Positions 23,345 through 36,404 of a DNA stretch of 64,000 nt are shown in pieces. The DNA comes from Felis catus. Its lineage: Eukaryota. The notes under the pieces are model-generated. The model saw nothing but the letters and a program-made list of their open reading frames with translations. It made no database searches and was not told where the DNA came from. The DNA is taken from assembly GCF_018350175.1 (NCBI RefSeq), contig NC_058376.1:157604001-157668000 (forward strand), written 5' to 3'. A program made the translations under genes and the position numbers. Position 1 is the stretch's first letter. The number at the start of each line of letters is the position of its first letter.

Positions 23345-24329
23345 CTTAGCCCAAGTGCGCAGCTCACTGCTTTGGTTCTTATCTCTCCTCTCCCGTGCAT
23401 CCCTGCACCTCAGATCACTCTCTCGCTGCAGACAACTCCATCACCTCCCACGCGAAACCAGCCGCTGCTGGTCCTGGCTCTTGCTTATCTGTCCGGCACA
23501 ACCTCTCACCATTCTTGTCTGTGCCCTGCCCGCCCCCCCCCCCCCCCCAGTCTAGACCCAGCCCTGGTCTCTCAGGTCTCCGGGGTTTTGCTCACAGGGA
23601 CCGCCCCCTGGGATGTCCCCTATCCCTGCTTGGCTGACTCATTCCCACTGAGAGTTCCTATTCCGCTCTAATTTCACGGACCCTTCCTGCCAGCCTACCC
23701 ACCCTCCTGTTCCGGACCACATCTTGGGCTCACCTCCAGGACCCCGCAGCATGCTGGCCAGTCACCATCCTCGTCCAGATTCCCAGCGACGCGCTGAGCT
23801 TCTTGGGGCCAGGCCTGCCCCTCATTCCTCTCCAAATGCCATCTTTGAACCCGGCACGGGGCCTGCCACCAGGAAGTACCCAACACGCAGTAACCCACAA
23901 ACAACCCTGAAAGAAATGAATGAATGGCCAAGCCTACGAGCCCTTTTCCTTCTGCCGGGCTGTCCCTGTGGGACTGGCCTCTGCAGAGCAAAGGAAGCCT
24001 TCACGGGCTCAGGCTGCAGCAAGCATTCTGAGATGACTGTGCTCACCCTCTAGGGGCCCACGGGAATCGGGGCGGGGGAGCCCTGATCAAGGCGATATCC
24101 AGCCTGACCCTAGAGCTTTGGAAGGAAAGGGAGAGAAATCTTATCCTGGGGATGGCCAATTCTGTGGACAACATGTTTGACACCCCCTCCCCCATCTGTC
24201 ACCACACCTCCCTGCTCTCTAGAGTATCTTAGGGTTAACTTTTGAAAACACCAGCTCTCTTAATGATGACTTTCCTAAGCTTTCCTTATTGACATCTGAG
24301 CTTTGCAGAAGTGCTTTTTAAAGAGATTT

Positions 24330-24792
24330 AAAAAAATTTTTTTAATGTTTATTTATTTATTTATTTATTTAAAAAAAATTTTTTTTCAACGTTTATTTAT
24401 TTTTGGGACAGAGAGAGACAGAGCATGAACGGGGGAGGGGCAGAGAGAGAGGGAGACACAGAATCGGAAACAGGCTCCAGGCTCTGAGCCATCAGCCCAG
24501 AGCCTGACGCGGGGCTCAAACTCACAGACCGCGAGATCGTGACCTGGCTGAAGTCGGATGCTTAATCGACTGTGCCACCCAGGCGCTCCAAATGTTTATT
24601 TATTTTTGAGAGAGAGAGAGAGAGAGTGTGAGTGGGGAGGGGCAGAGAGAGAGGGAGACACAGAATCTGAAGCAGGCTCCAGGCTCTGAGCTGTCAGCAC
24701 AGAGCCTGACACGGGGCTCGAACTCACGGACCGCGAGATCATGACCTGAACCAAAGTCGGTCGCCTAACCGACTGAGCCACCCAGGCACCCC
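24330..24792 (-). mobile_element. Can-SINE (SINEC_Fc2-like), host of a nested SINE
   Basis: TSD TAAAGAGATTT at 24319-24329 and 24793-24803. Confidence 0.93.
24359..24589 (-). mobile_element. Young SINEC_Fc inserted in the tail of the older SINE
   Basis: TSD AATGTTTATTTATTT at 24344-24358 and 24591-24605; carries diagnostic GGGCTGATGGCTC and CCCCCCGTTCATGC on the - strand. Confidence 0.93.
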
Positions 24793-24899
24793 TAAAGAGA
24801 TTTTTTGTTGTTCAGTGGTTTTTTAAAGGTATTTTTGTCCCTGTCAGTGCATCTAGAGAGTTTTTGACAAGACTTTGCAAGAGTAAAATTGTTTTGGAA

Positions 24900-25086
24900 A
24901 GAAAGGAGTGGGGAGGAGGAGGGAGAGGAGGGTAAGGGGGCAGATGGGGAGGAGTGGAGGAGGAAGAGGAGAGGGAGTGGAAGGAGGGGAAGCAGGAGAG
25001 GGAGAGGAGGAGGAGAATGAAAGAGAGAGAGAGGGAGGGGGAGAAAGGAGGAGGGAGGAGGGAAGGGAGGGAGGGACAGAGGAAAA
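24900..25086 (+). repeat. GA-rich low-complexity polypurine tract
   Basis: ~185 bp that is almost entirely G/A. Confidence 0.9.
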
Positions 25087-25588
25087 GTCATTAACTGCTG
25101 GGAATTCCAGGCTCTAAGAAATTTTCCAGTCTTTTATTTTTGTTGGGGTTTTTTTGTGTGAGTTTTTTTGGGGGGAGGCAAGTGAAAAACTGAGTTTCCC
25201 CCAGTCAGCTAGTGACAGAGACAAAGCCCGAACCCAGTCATTGGGATACGCGTTGCTATACTAGTCAACCAGATGCTTGGGGCGTGACAGAGGGCGGGTG
25301 GCAAGGTCGTCAGGTGTTCCCCTCCTCCCAATAACCAGGTGACCGTCCACAGTGCTTCCCACGAGCAGGCAGTGAAATCTTACTCCTTCCTCTCTGTCTT
25401 GCCTTCCAACTTTATGAGGGGCCAGTGTCCACATCACCAAGAAGGGCCCACCCCGTGGCGTGGCACAGAGCCTGTGAGGTTAAGAACAAAGAGCTCTCTC
25501 GTTTCAGCCAAGGTGTGGGCTGTAATGGGAGCTGTCTTTTGCCAGGAGGTAATGGCTGTAAATCAGACCGGGCTGGATGGGAATTCTG

Positions 25589-25728
25589 NNNNNNNNNNNN
25601 NNNNNNNNNNNNNNNNNNNNNNNNNNNNNNNNNNNNNNNNNNNNNNNNNNNNNNNNNNNNNNNNNNNNNNNNNNNNNNNNNNNNNNNNNNNNNNNNNNNN
25701 NNNNNNNNNNNNNNNNNNNNNNNNNNNN
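25589..25728. other. Assembly gap (140 N)
   Basis: Run of N. Confidence 1.
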
Positions 25729-28273
25729 TAAACAGGAGTTAGGCAGGGTCTGTGAGCATGAGGCCTTTCCCAGCAGGGGCAGTGTCTAAGGGGCGTCAAC
25801 TCCCAGGAAGGAAGCCGCCAGCCTGAGGCCCTGTGGCCGAATGGCCAGGCACATGCTCAGGTCTTCTAGGGAGAACGAGCATCGTGGCTGTGGCGCTGTC
25901 TCAACCACGTGCCCTCTACGTCCTCCAGCCTTAGGCGGATGCCGTTCCCTCTCTGCCTCCAATGCTCTCACCCGTGAAATGGGGATATGATGCCAGCCTC
26001 CCATCCTCGATGGAGGTGTTCACAAAACCTCTGAGATGCGGGAGGTGTTTGATTAATATGGGTGGCACCGCAGGAATGAGGTGGGTTAACGGGCGTCCAG
26101 TGCTCACACATGCTGGTGTGGTGAGTGTGTATCAGTTTATTATTTTCATCCCACCCCCAGTCCCCAGTCTCTTGGGATCTCAGAGCATTGTCCTCGGCGA
26201 CGGCTGCTTGCCTGGCTTCATCAACGGCTTCAGCCCTAGTCTTACAGGGAAGGAAAATGGAAGCCCAGAGAACGTAAGTGATTTGCTCAAAATCGCACAG
26301 CTGGCTAGAGGTAGACTTCGGTCTTGTCGTCACCGAATTCTAACATCTGACCAGGCCCGACCTAAGTGAGCCGGGATGGCAAAGAGTGGGATCTCCAGCA
26401 AACAGATATTCTGTCACCCCCATGACAGATATTCTAAATCAGTGGTTCCACACTGGCTTAGGGGAGGGGCTGAGCTCTACGGTGGGAAAGAAGATCGCTG
26501 GCTGTCACAGGAGCCCAGCTTACACCTCCCACTCAGCTAAATGAGAGCCCCTCGGGAGGCAGTCATGAGACCCTTTCACGTTTCTCAAGCGTTTCTTCAA
26601 CAGTCTCCCTAAGTGACCACCGGTGTCAGCCTCCAGAGCACTGCACCATGTACCTGAGGAGCACAACCTTTCTTCCACGTGGCTTATCAAAAGTTCCTTT
26701 CAAACACATGCTGCTTGGGGTCTTTGCTCCCTGAAAATCCAATAAATACTATCTATGTCATTGCCTTCCAACTCAAGCACCTGTCACAACCTGGCTGGTG
26801 GTGCCGGCCTGATCTGCCTCTTTGCCCAGCTTGGCCCCGGGCAGCTGCTCCCAACCTAATAAACAAAGGCGAGTTGTACGAAGACACTTTCATTGACCAG
26901 GCTGCTCCCAGGTCAATACTGAGTGTTCTGGAAAATTCAGTGAAGTCAGCAGCCTCAGGGAGCGTGCCTAAAGCAGTAGGAGCTGCCCAATAAAGCCCTC
27001 TTGGTACATGTCCTTCAAATGGCTTAAGGCTGGAGCCACGTCCTCTCTGAGCCAGGGGTTCCTTATTTCTTCTCCCATCCTCCTCCTTCATGTGATGCAC
27101 CATTAAGTTAGTTCTTCTCTTTAGGACAATCCCTAGTTGGTCCATCTCCAAGCAGGGACTTGTGTCTTCAACTCCACTGCTGTCGGGAGGGGGCGGTGAT
27201 GGGAGTGTCATAGCATCAAACCCCCCGGTGCCACCAGCCAAGTGCCAGAGGAGGGTCGGCGGGCCGCCAGCCATACTGGTGGGCGTTCACACCAAGTCCT
27301 GCTCTGTGCACTGTACCGGCCCCTTCCCTGTGTGCCTACCAAGACCTGGCTCCTCATAGGACCTGACGAGATGGGCCTGGGGAACTGTCAAGATGGGGAC
27401 TGGGTCCCAGCCACCTCAGAGCTGTTCACAAGACCAAGATAGAGTTTAACCGCCCACGGGCCTTTTGAGAAAACTCAGTGCCTTATGCCTGAGGCTGCCT
27501 GTAGACCTCAGCAGAGTTTTCTTGTCCCGGCCATGGCCGTCCCCTCGGCGAGAGCGAGCCACACCGCTCAGCGGCAGGGCCAACGCCACAAGGGCCCATC
27601 TTGAGGCAGCCGAGTCCATTTGCAGAGGAGGGGCTGTCAGATCCCCATTTGTCTTCTCGCTGCCATGCAGCATCCTGCATTAAAGTCTCGGCAGACTTCC
27701 AGAGCAGTTTTGCTTTTAACTTTATTATGGTGGTTGGGCAACTTGGGACATTTGACTTCCACTGACACATTTACGACCCTCTTGCCTTCAGCCCGTGGAG
27801 GAAATGCATCTCACAGACACAGGGTCCTCCGAAGGCTACGCCTCTTCAAAGGCAAAGACTCCATATTGTCGGATGGGAGAGGCAAGGCTCACTGGCCAAA
27901 GCCTTTGTCTTTGGGCTTCTTTCTCCTTGGCTTTGCACTGAGACAGTGACTCCAGAGTACAGGCCCTTGCAGTCGCTCTTGGGACACTTTGTTCCCTTCA
28001 GTCACCACCACGAGAGCCATTCTCTCCACAGGACCCACGAGCTTTCCAAGGGCTGCAGAAATGTTCCAAGGTCTGGAAGAAAATGTTGGCTACACAATGC
28101 CAAAAAAGAAAATTTTATTTGAAATTAAAATTAAACAGCTACAAAATTTAACATTTTGTTGGCTAGTCAACGGCAACTCAACTCGTGTGGTATTTTCACA
28201 TGTGAGATCTATTTGTGTGAGGTGTGGGCATGTCGTACGTAATGTGGGATGAGACCCTAAAAAGTCAGGAGAC

Positions 28274-28745
28274 TGTATTAACCAGTGTCTATGGAGGAAA
28301 CAGAGCTCAGGCCAAGTCGTCGAAGTGAGAGGATGGATGTGAGGAGGAGCTAGTTACAAGGGCCATAAAAGCTGCAAGGGAACCGGGAGAGGGTGAGGCA
28401 AAGCAGAGTCACCACAGCTAGAAGCCACCACCAGCCCTCGGGCTGGAGGGTCCCAGCACTGGAACCACCTGACCGGACCCGGTAACAGGGTGGGGCTGGA
28501 ACCAAGAGGGAATCGCGACCATTTCCTGGGACAGCACCCGAAGCAAGGGAGGTGGGGAGAAATGCCCTGCCTTCTCCCTTCCCCTCTCGCCTGCAATCTC
28601 TCCCCCAGAGGCTTCTGCTCAGCTACGCCTAGCTGGACACCAAAGAACAAGAGGTCCCTGGACACTGATTTGCAGCGTTCGTCCCCCTGTGGGGCAGAGA
28701 AGAGTGGGCAAGGCAGGAGCGGGAGAGCAAACAGGCACATGGCCC
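28274..28745 (-). mobile_element. Old ERVL-class LTR (LTR33/41-like)
   Basis: Begins TGTATTAACCAG..GGAGGAAACAGA; internal CTCCCCCAGAGGCTTCTGCTCAGCT..CCTAGCTGGA. Confidence 0.5.
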
Positions 28746-29089
28746 TGGCCGTTATTTCAGAGGGACACTGACGAGTAGAAATGGGTTTGCTTATAGTGAC
28801 GAAGGTCATGGGGAGCCCTGGTGCTCATCACACACGGAGAGGGAAGGGACTGTGGATGTCAGCTGAGCACAGGCCGTCAGGGCTCAACCTACGGAAGACC
28901 TCCCTAGAGAATGTTCCGAGAGGGAGTGGGCTGCCCTCAGAGGCAGTGACAGATGGAGACTGGGGGGCCAGGCCGGATGATCCCACAGAGGGGCTCCCTG
29001 TCTGAGATCCTGACCCTGCACTCCTCCAACGTGACGCTGAGAGCAGGACCGGGCAGGGCTGGCCGGGCTAGAATGCTGTCCGTGCCATG

Positions 29090-29570
29090 GTGAGAGGCTC
29101 CCGCTGGGATAATGGTGGGTAACAGACAGCCCCAACAGCTCAGTGGCTCTCACAACAACAGCCCCCAAGTTTGTGCCCACAGGGTGCCGGTCAGCTGCGA
29201 TTGGGCCCATCTGGGCTGGGCTCAGCCGCATCTGGATGAATCGGCCTGAGCTCTAGGCTTCCCGCCGGGATCGGGTCTTCTCCTCCACAGGCCTTTATGC
29301 TGAGGCTCAAGCTGGGAGCTGACAGCTTCTTCCCGGCAGAGGGCAGGTACCAGGACGACTCCCACAGACGCGCCGTGTCGCCCAGGGCCTCAGCTCAGAA
29401 CCGCTCCCTTCCACCTCCGTCCTCACCCCGCTGGCCAAGGCAAGTCACGCGGTCAAGGCTGAAGTCAGGGGTGGAAGATCTGCCCGTAGAAAAGTCCTAT
29501 CGAGGGAAGGAAGGAAGGAAGGACTTCAGGACAATCTACCATAGGCAAGGAGACCCTTCTCACAATAACG
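29090..29570 (-). mobile_element. MaLR LTR (MLT1-type)
   Basis: GGTAACAGACAGCCCCAAC..CTCAGTGGCT..ACAACA; TGGCCAAGGCAAGTCACGCGGTCAAG..AAGTCAGGGG. Confidence 0.65.
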
Positions 29571-30429
29571 TGGCAGGATAGCCAAGTGGTTAAAGACGTA
29601 AACCTGCTGTGGGTTTGAGTCCCAGCTCGGCTCCTTCTTGGCAAAATGGCCTTGGGCAAAGTGCCGGGGCCTCAGTCTCCACATCCAGGAAATGGGAACG
29701 TTAACATGTAGACCTTCCAGGGTGGTGGTGAGGGTGAGTTGAGAGGACGGACATAAAATTGCTGAGCTGGGTTCCTGGCCTCGAGTAAGAACCTAATAGA
29801 CGCTGGCTGGTGCATTGTTAGGAAGAAACCTCTTGAAAATTGTGCCTTCTGGGGACAAGGCAGGCAGCAAGGTGAGGGGAGAAATATTTCAGGGAAATAA
29901 TTTGAAAATCTCTGCATGGTAGGCTCATGAAAAAAGGAAATAGCTCAGTAACTGAGTCATCCCTGAGCTCTGGGAACAGAAAGCCTGCAGGCTGGCACTG
30001 TTCTCCACTGCAGAGTTGACAGCTTGTTGGAGGAGGGAGGCACGAGGTGGGGGTGGGGGGCGATTTCCTCTCCCGACTGCTTGCTCGGGCTCACCCGCAG
30101 CCCCGTGCACACAGGGTCCAATGTCTGGAACGGCCTCACTGGCTTGTAGGAACGCTGGGTCCCAGGAACTGCCACTGTGCAATTTGAGGAGTTAAATATA
30201 TGTAGATGCTTTGTCTATACTTTTAAAGAAAGATCCAAATCCCTCCAAAAACGCATCATCCTACATCATTTGTTTATTCTTGTGCCTACCGCAATCAAGC
30301 CCTAAGCTGTCGGAAGGGAGAAAATAAATAATAGGAAAACCCAGACGACCAGATCAGAAGTCGTACCGGTTGTGAGATGCCCCCAGTCGGGGGCCGAGAC
30401 GGCAGGTGTGGGCGTGCGGGTCTCCCTGG

Positions 30430-30680
30430 GGCACAGTGGTTAGGGCACATCTATAGAGTCACGTTGCCCGAGTTCAAATCCCATCTCTTTGCTTCCCAGA
30501 GATGTGACTGTGAGTAAATAAGCCCTGATGAGTCAGAATCCTCACCGGTGGAAAGGGGTGATGATAACTCACAGGTTACCGCAAGATTTGCGTGAAATAC
30601 CGTGGGTTTGAAGCACCTGCCGTGCTGTAGCCACAGGCACCGCCTTTCTTCGTGACTGCTCAGCACAGTCGATGAACGCT
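30430..30680 (+). mobile_element. MIR SINE
   Basis: CAGTGGTTAGGGCAC..GAGTTCAAATCCC..TGTGACTGTGAGTAAAT. Confidence 0.7.
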
Positions 30681-30827
30681 CCATTAGCCGAGGTCGAGAG
30701 TTTTTTATTCCCACGGGGAAAACAGAGTTTGCCTTGAGGGGGGCGGGGGGAGGATGGGGGAGGCGTGTGGAACAGAACACCTGTCCACCGGCGTTGGAGG
30801 CTCGGCCTCTCATTTTGTTCGCGTATC

Positions 30828-31090
30828 TGTCTTAGGTGGTGTTCCCGAAAGCAGACCCTGAGATGAGAATGCAGGTAGAAGTGATTTATTAGGGGGTGAT
30901 TCTTCAGCGAATGTCTCCTCCTGGAAACACTGGGAGGAGAGTGGGGAAGTGGGACTACGCAGTGAGCAGGCAACACTAAGCCCGAGGGCAAGTCTGGCTC
31001 CATCCCGCTGGGGACAGCGCGTGTTCCACTACAGAGTGTCTCCATCAGGGACAAAGCTGTCCTTGGTCAAGGTGGCCCCAAGAGGATGCC
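30828..31090 (-). mobile_element. ERVL LTR (LTR16-like)
   Basis: TGTCTTAGGTGGTGTTCCCGAAAGCAGACCCTGAGATGAGAATGCAGGTAGAAGTGATTTATT. Confidence 0.7.
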
Positions 31091-33151
31091 CTGCACTCGG
31101 GCAAAGTAGGCTTGGCAACCCGAGACCCGTCTTCAGGTGCCGGAGGTGCTGGGGCACGCAGACAGGGTAAGGGCACCGGAGGGGTTTGGGCAGAGCCCCA
31201 ACAGCAGCTCGTACAACATCCAAAGGCGACTGGGTGCCAGGGACTGGCTCATGCGGAGCAAACTCCCGACTGATGGCACCTCTCCAGGGAAAAGTAGAAC
31301 CAGCAGGCACTCTAGGCTCCTGTGTCCAAGGATCAGCCCGTGTTCTCCAGGGAGGAGAGGCTGCCACAGACAGACCACAAACAGACAGACCGCAGGGTGA
31401 GGGTGCGCTCAGCGGGAGGGCTGGCTGGACTTGGTAATGGCTGGGTCCTGGGGCTCCGGTGGTGATGAGGCAAGGAGGGGTGCCCGTGGGTCAGGACCCC
31501 ACTTTGTTTTGACAGTGCTGGAAACAAACTCTCCCGGCCTTGCCTGAAGCAGTGGGGGCGGGGGGGGGGGGCGGGGGGGTGGTAAGAAGCCTTCTGTACT
31601 TGGAAGTCAGAAGGAGTCAGGTTCAAATCCCAACTCTTCATGCACCAGCTGTGCAACCTTGGGCAGAGCTCCTGGTCTCTCTGAGCTTCATCACTCAAGA
31701 CCAGGCTGAAATCACTGTCATCCCACTCCTTGTGGGGTGGGTTTCAGACCCAGTGTCCCAGACCACCTCCTTACGGAGCAAGAGATCACTACTCAATCCA
31801 AGGGGACCGTCACTTGCAAAGAATGAGTGACAATCATTACTGCCTGTGCCTTCCTCGGGGCTAGCTTCCCCTATTCTGAGGCTCATCTTCCCCTCCTTTT
31901 TGAGGAAAGGGGGTTTGTCTCCAGCCCCTCCTTACATGAGTCCTCCTGAAAGCCTATCTGTCACTCCCAGCCAGGCTGCTGTCCCCTGTCCTCAGCCAGC
32001 CCTTTCTCTCACTCCACTGCTAGCCAGCCCTCTGCCTTCATTCCCCCAAGTGTCACCACCAGGATGCCGCTGTGTGGCATGCAGTTTCACTCAAGGCTTG
32101 AGAGAACGGAAGGGGGATTATGACAGAACACACGACAGACGATTTTCAGCGCCATCCTGGGGATCCCAAGCTTGAATGCCCCTAGCCCTTCCCGCCCTCG
32201 GGAGCTCCTGCTGGCCCTTGGTCTCCCCAGGACTCCCCTCGTCCTCCTGCTGAACCCCTCCTTTGAGAGCCTCCCCAGGGCACTCTCAGCCTGCCGCCTC
32301 GCTGGCTGTCCCAGGGCAGGTCTCAGGCCCTGAGACCCAGTCCTGTGGCCACGCGGCTCCCCGCTGTGCTGGCTCTACCCTGTCCTTCTGGTGCGGCCCA
32401 GGGGCCCGCAGGCTTCTCAACCGTAAACAAACAAAAAGAAATCTCCTCCCAGTTTTCGTTTCGTTTTTGTTTTTAAACAAAGATGCAACACAGCCCAAGA
32501 GCCAAGACGGGCTTTTTCCCAAGAAGTCTGGCTCCATGGCAGCCTGGTTTTAGCAAGAGCAATTCCTTCCTGCCCCCTGATGGTTGCTGCCACCCTCGTT
32601 TGCCTGCTTCCGTGGCCCCCTGCTCCCAAGTCCCCACTGCTCTCCCCAACCCCCCTCGTCTTCCTCTAGCCTTTCCATTCCTCCAATCAAATCAAGTCTG
32701 GGCTGGAGCCCTCCTGCCTCTTTAAGGTGACTTGGCATTTCTCTGCGTGGCTCCATTTTGCTGGCTTTATGGTTTAACTGGCAGACTGACGTCTCATTTC
32801 CTTATTTCTGAATTCTTTCAGGCACATCTCTCTGGTGTCTCCCCCATTCACCCCCGCCCCCATGGGTGCCCTCCTGTTTTCAGATGCAGCCCCTAGGCTT
32901 TGCCCCAACACCTGCAAGTCCTTGGGATACTTTGAGGTATTCTAAAACGTTTTTATTACAATAAGAATGCATGTTCCTTGCAGAATAAAAAGAAAATACA
33001 GATAAGCAGATCTAAAAATCAGTGTTAATCCTCCATGAGAAATAGCATCTGCTAACATTTTGATAAATCTTCTCCCAATTCAGTTTCCATGAATACTCAC
33101 ATGTCCCAAGATTCTCTTGGTTGCAGGTGACAGAAATTCAACTCGAACCCC

Positions 33152-33487
33152 TTGTCATGAGGTGAATTGTGTCTCTGCCCCACCAATTCAGGGCTGAAGT
33201 TTGAGACCCACTGGCTGAGAACATGCCTATATTTGAAGACAGGGCCATTGAAAAGGTGATTCCAGTTAGGTAAGGTCACTGGAGTGGGCCCTAATCCAAG
33301 ATGCCCGGTGTCTTTAGAAGAAGAGCTTAGGACATGGAAGGGAGAGAGGCCTCAGAGGAAACCAGCCCCGCTGCCCCCTTGGCCTCAAACTTCTGGCCTC
33401 TGGAGCTGTGAGGAAGTACGTTTCTGTCGTTTCAGCCGCTCAGCCTGTGGTGCTTTGCTGTGGCGGCCCCGGGGCAGACGAATGCCC
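33152..33487 (+). mobile_element. MaLR LTR (MLT1A/B-like) nested in an older antisense MLT1
   Basis: TGAATTGTGTC..GGGCCCTAATCCAAGATG..GGTGTCTTTAGAAGAAG..CTTCTGGCCTCTGGAGCTGTGAG. Confidence 0.8.
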
Positions 33488-34796
33488 CCCTGGAACTGGC
33501 TGTGGCCCAGAGGGGTTGTTTGAAGGATCGTACAGCTGCAGAGAGAGCAGAGTGACTCTGGGGCTCAGGCAGCCCACGCGGGACCCCCGGAGTCAGGGGG
33601 ACTCGCCAACCACCAGGAGCTCACCGTCCACGTGCCATCCATCACTTCCAGCCCTGCTTCTCCCTGGCTTTGTCCTCCCTCCTGGCAGGAAACAGCTTCC
33701 CCCCCAAGAGGGATGGGCCTTTTGTCTCACTGCTAGTTTGCAGAAGCCCAGTGGTGGGGTTTGATTGGCTCGGCTTCGGTCATCGTCCACTCCACGGCCA
33801 GTTACAGGGACACAACAGCTAACCTGTTGAGCAACGACTCTGCATCGGTCACTGTGCTAAAGTCCCCATTCATTCCACCCTTTATCGTGCTAAGCTTGGG
33901 GGGTTATTACTCTTCTTACCACTTTCCAGACCAGCGCCCTGAGTCCTGCAGCCGTCAGGGAACTGGCCAGGTCACTGCCATTGCTGGGTCTCGGTGGGGT
34001 GGGTGGTCTCTGAAGGCAGCCAGGAGGCCCCGTCCAAACCAAGCGGGTCTCTGCAGCCCCCCTTCTTCCCCAGTCCCCGGGTCTGGCCACACGCTTCAAG
34101 GGTTGTCCACCACACGGCCAGCTGGCCCACCGACGGGTGCCTTCCAAGGTTCTGAAGAACAGCCAGTTCTGTTTTTCACTTGAAGGTCACGGAGGCCAGC
34201 GCAGATTGAGGCCAGCCGGGTGGCATCCTAACCCTAGCCGCATGGCATCCTCAGCTGGTCTGCCGTGTGCTGCAACACGGCTGGGGCCCGAGTCCCCCTG
34301 GGCTCTCCAGGCAGGAGTCTGCAGGGGATGCGGTGGGCTTGTTTCGCTCCCCTCCTTTCTCTCCCTCTTTCTTCTACGGCTGCCGCAGACCAGGGCACGC
34401 GCTCAAAGGCAGCTGCCTGCTCCCATCAAGCCTGAGACACGGGCACTCCCAGGACCCTTCAGCACACACTGTCGGAAAGGACACTACCCACAAGGCCACG
34501 TGGGCTTCCTTTGTTGGGCTGGCTGGGGCAAGGGGCATGGGTCTAGCCTTAGGAAACTGTCCAGTGACCCAGCATCTCAGGGATTAAATATGTTTTTATG
34601 GAAGTCATCCCCCAGGATGCCGTTGAGGGAAGATTGCTATGTTCGTGTTTCCAGGTTTAGCCCAGGGGGGTGTGACAGCCGCTCAGGGCTGTACAGGAGA
34701 GCAGGACCACCTTCCCAGCACTTCGACGCCACATTCTGGTCCTACCAGTTGTAATCTGTCCTCACAGGAATCACTCCTGTCACGATGCGGAGGAGC

Positions 34797-34920
34797 CAGG
34801 CCGGGGCTGGAGTGAGGCAAGTGAGGCATTCGCCTTAGTGCAAAATTTACGAGGTGCCAAAAAACTCAGGAGTCGAGAGAAATAATATTGTCATGCAATA
34901 TTTTAAAAAAATCACATCAG
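34797..34920. mobile_element. hAT DNA transposon fragment (MER96B-like)
   Basis: GTGAGGCAAGTGAGGCATTCGCC..GCAAAATTTA..GCCAAAAAACTCAG. Confidence 0.7.
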
Positions 34921-35071
34921 TAGAGTATGGCCTCAAGGCTGTGTGCCTGCTTTAATAAATACAGTTTTATTAGGATGCTCTGGACTTACCCATCCTGCAG
35001 TACTTTGCGGCTGTAATATTAGAGTCTGCCAAAGACGATGAACTTCCCTGAGACACCCCTGACTTTGATAC

Positions 35072-35494
35072 TGTATTAGGATTGTGCAGGGTAACAGAAC
35101 CAACAGGACGTATATACATGGAGAGAGAGAAGGAGAGAGAGAGAGAGAGAGGAGAGAAGAGATTTTGTTTTAAGTAATCGGCTCACACAACTGTGGAGGC
35201 CTGACAAGTCCAAAAGTCCCAAGAAAAGCTGGCGGGCTGGAGGCCCAGGGGAGGGTTGCAGTTCAAGTCTAAAGGCGGTCTGCTAACAGAACACCCCTTT
35301 CTTCTGGGGAAGTCAGCCTTTTCTAGAAAGGCCTTCACCTGATTGGATGAGGCCCACCCACATTCTGAAGGGTAGTCTGCTTTACACAAAGTCTACTGAT
35401 TTAAATGGTTATCTCATCTACACCTAGAATAATGTTGCATCCAATATCTGGGCACCATGGTCTAGCCAAATTGACACATAAAATTAACCATTAC
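35072..35494 (-). mobile_element. ERVL LTR (MLT2)
   Basis: TG..CA ends, (GA)n tract, TGATTGGATGAGGCCCACCCACATT, CCAAATTGACACATAAAATTAACCATTACA. Confidence 0.9.
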
Positions 35495-36404
35495 AAGTGC
35501 CTTCTGTTATTATTCAGTCCATGATTGCCACTTTACTTTCCCTGTGCATACATTCTTTTTCTCCAAAGCAAAGAAAAACCTCCATTTGCAGAGAAGTGAC
35601 TGTTTTATTACCTCTTTGCATGTTCTGGCATTTTCTAGAATAGCACTTTGCACAAAACAGCACATGTTTGTTATTTGATGAGTAGCTATTAATTTGGCTA
35701 CTTTTGGCCTCAATTTAATTTTTTTTTTTTTTGTCAAAAATTTACAAGATCTTAGGAAGAAACTGGTTACTTTTCAAAGTCCAAGAACAAAATAGTCCAG
35801 GTACAAATCTCATAAAAAATAATCCTTTCAAGTATATGTTCTCCTGTTCTTCCAAAGCATGACTTAAAATCAGTTTCCAGTTCTCCTCTGAAGAAACTCT
35901 GTCCATGAGGAATCAAAAGCCCAGGCAGTCTTTCTCTGTGGGATGCAGGAACCATTCCTCTTACGATTTCTTTCTCAAAATCTTAATCCCAATAATAATG
36001 AAAATGATTTATCAGATGAAGACATAAATTAATCCTTCCCGAACAACTTGATGTTATCATATTTAATTTCAAATTTAATTACTTGGGTATTTAATTACAA
36101 AACAGTGAATTACTTCATTGTAATTATGTGTCTCTTTAAAGTAGAAAGAGGCAAAAAAGTCCCTGATAAGGGGCCACCCTGAGGCATGGCCGTTTTCTGG
36201 TTTATCTCTAACGCATATCAGCCCTGCTTCCGGATTTTCCTGTTGCTCTAGCTTCACTGTCCCGTCCCTTGATTTTCTCACTTCCTATCAGTTCTTGGTC
36301 TTTTCTTATGCTTCTAGAACCAGCATCCAGTGCCAAGTTCTGCTGCTCCAATGATTTCTACAAGCAGAGCTTCCAAAGCCTTGTTGTTGGACAAGATCAC
36401 TTTA

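Noticed and set aside
34137-34754. 205-aa ORF (and the 218-aa ORF at 57466-58122)
   Set aside because: Non-ATG or weak starts, no recognisable protein motif, overlapping frames, GC-rich or repeat-derived context.
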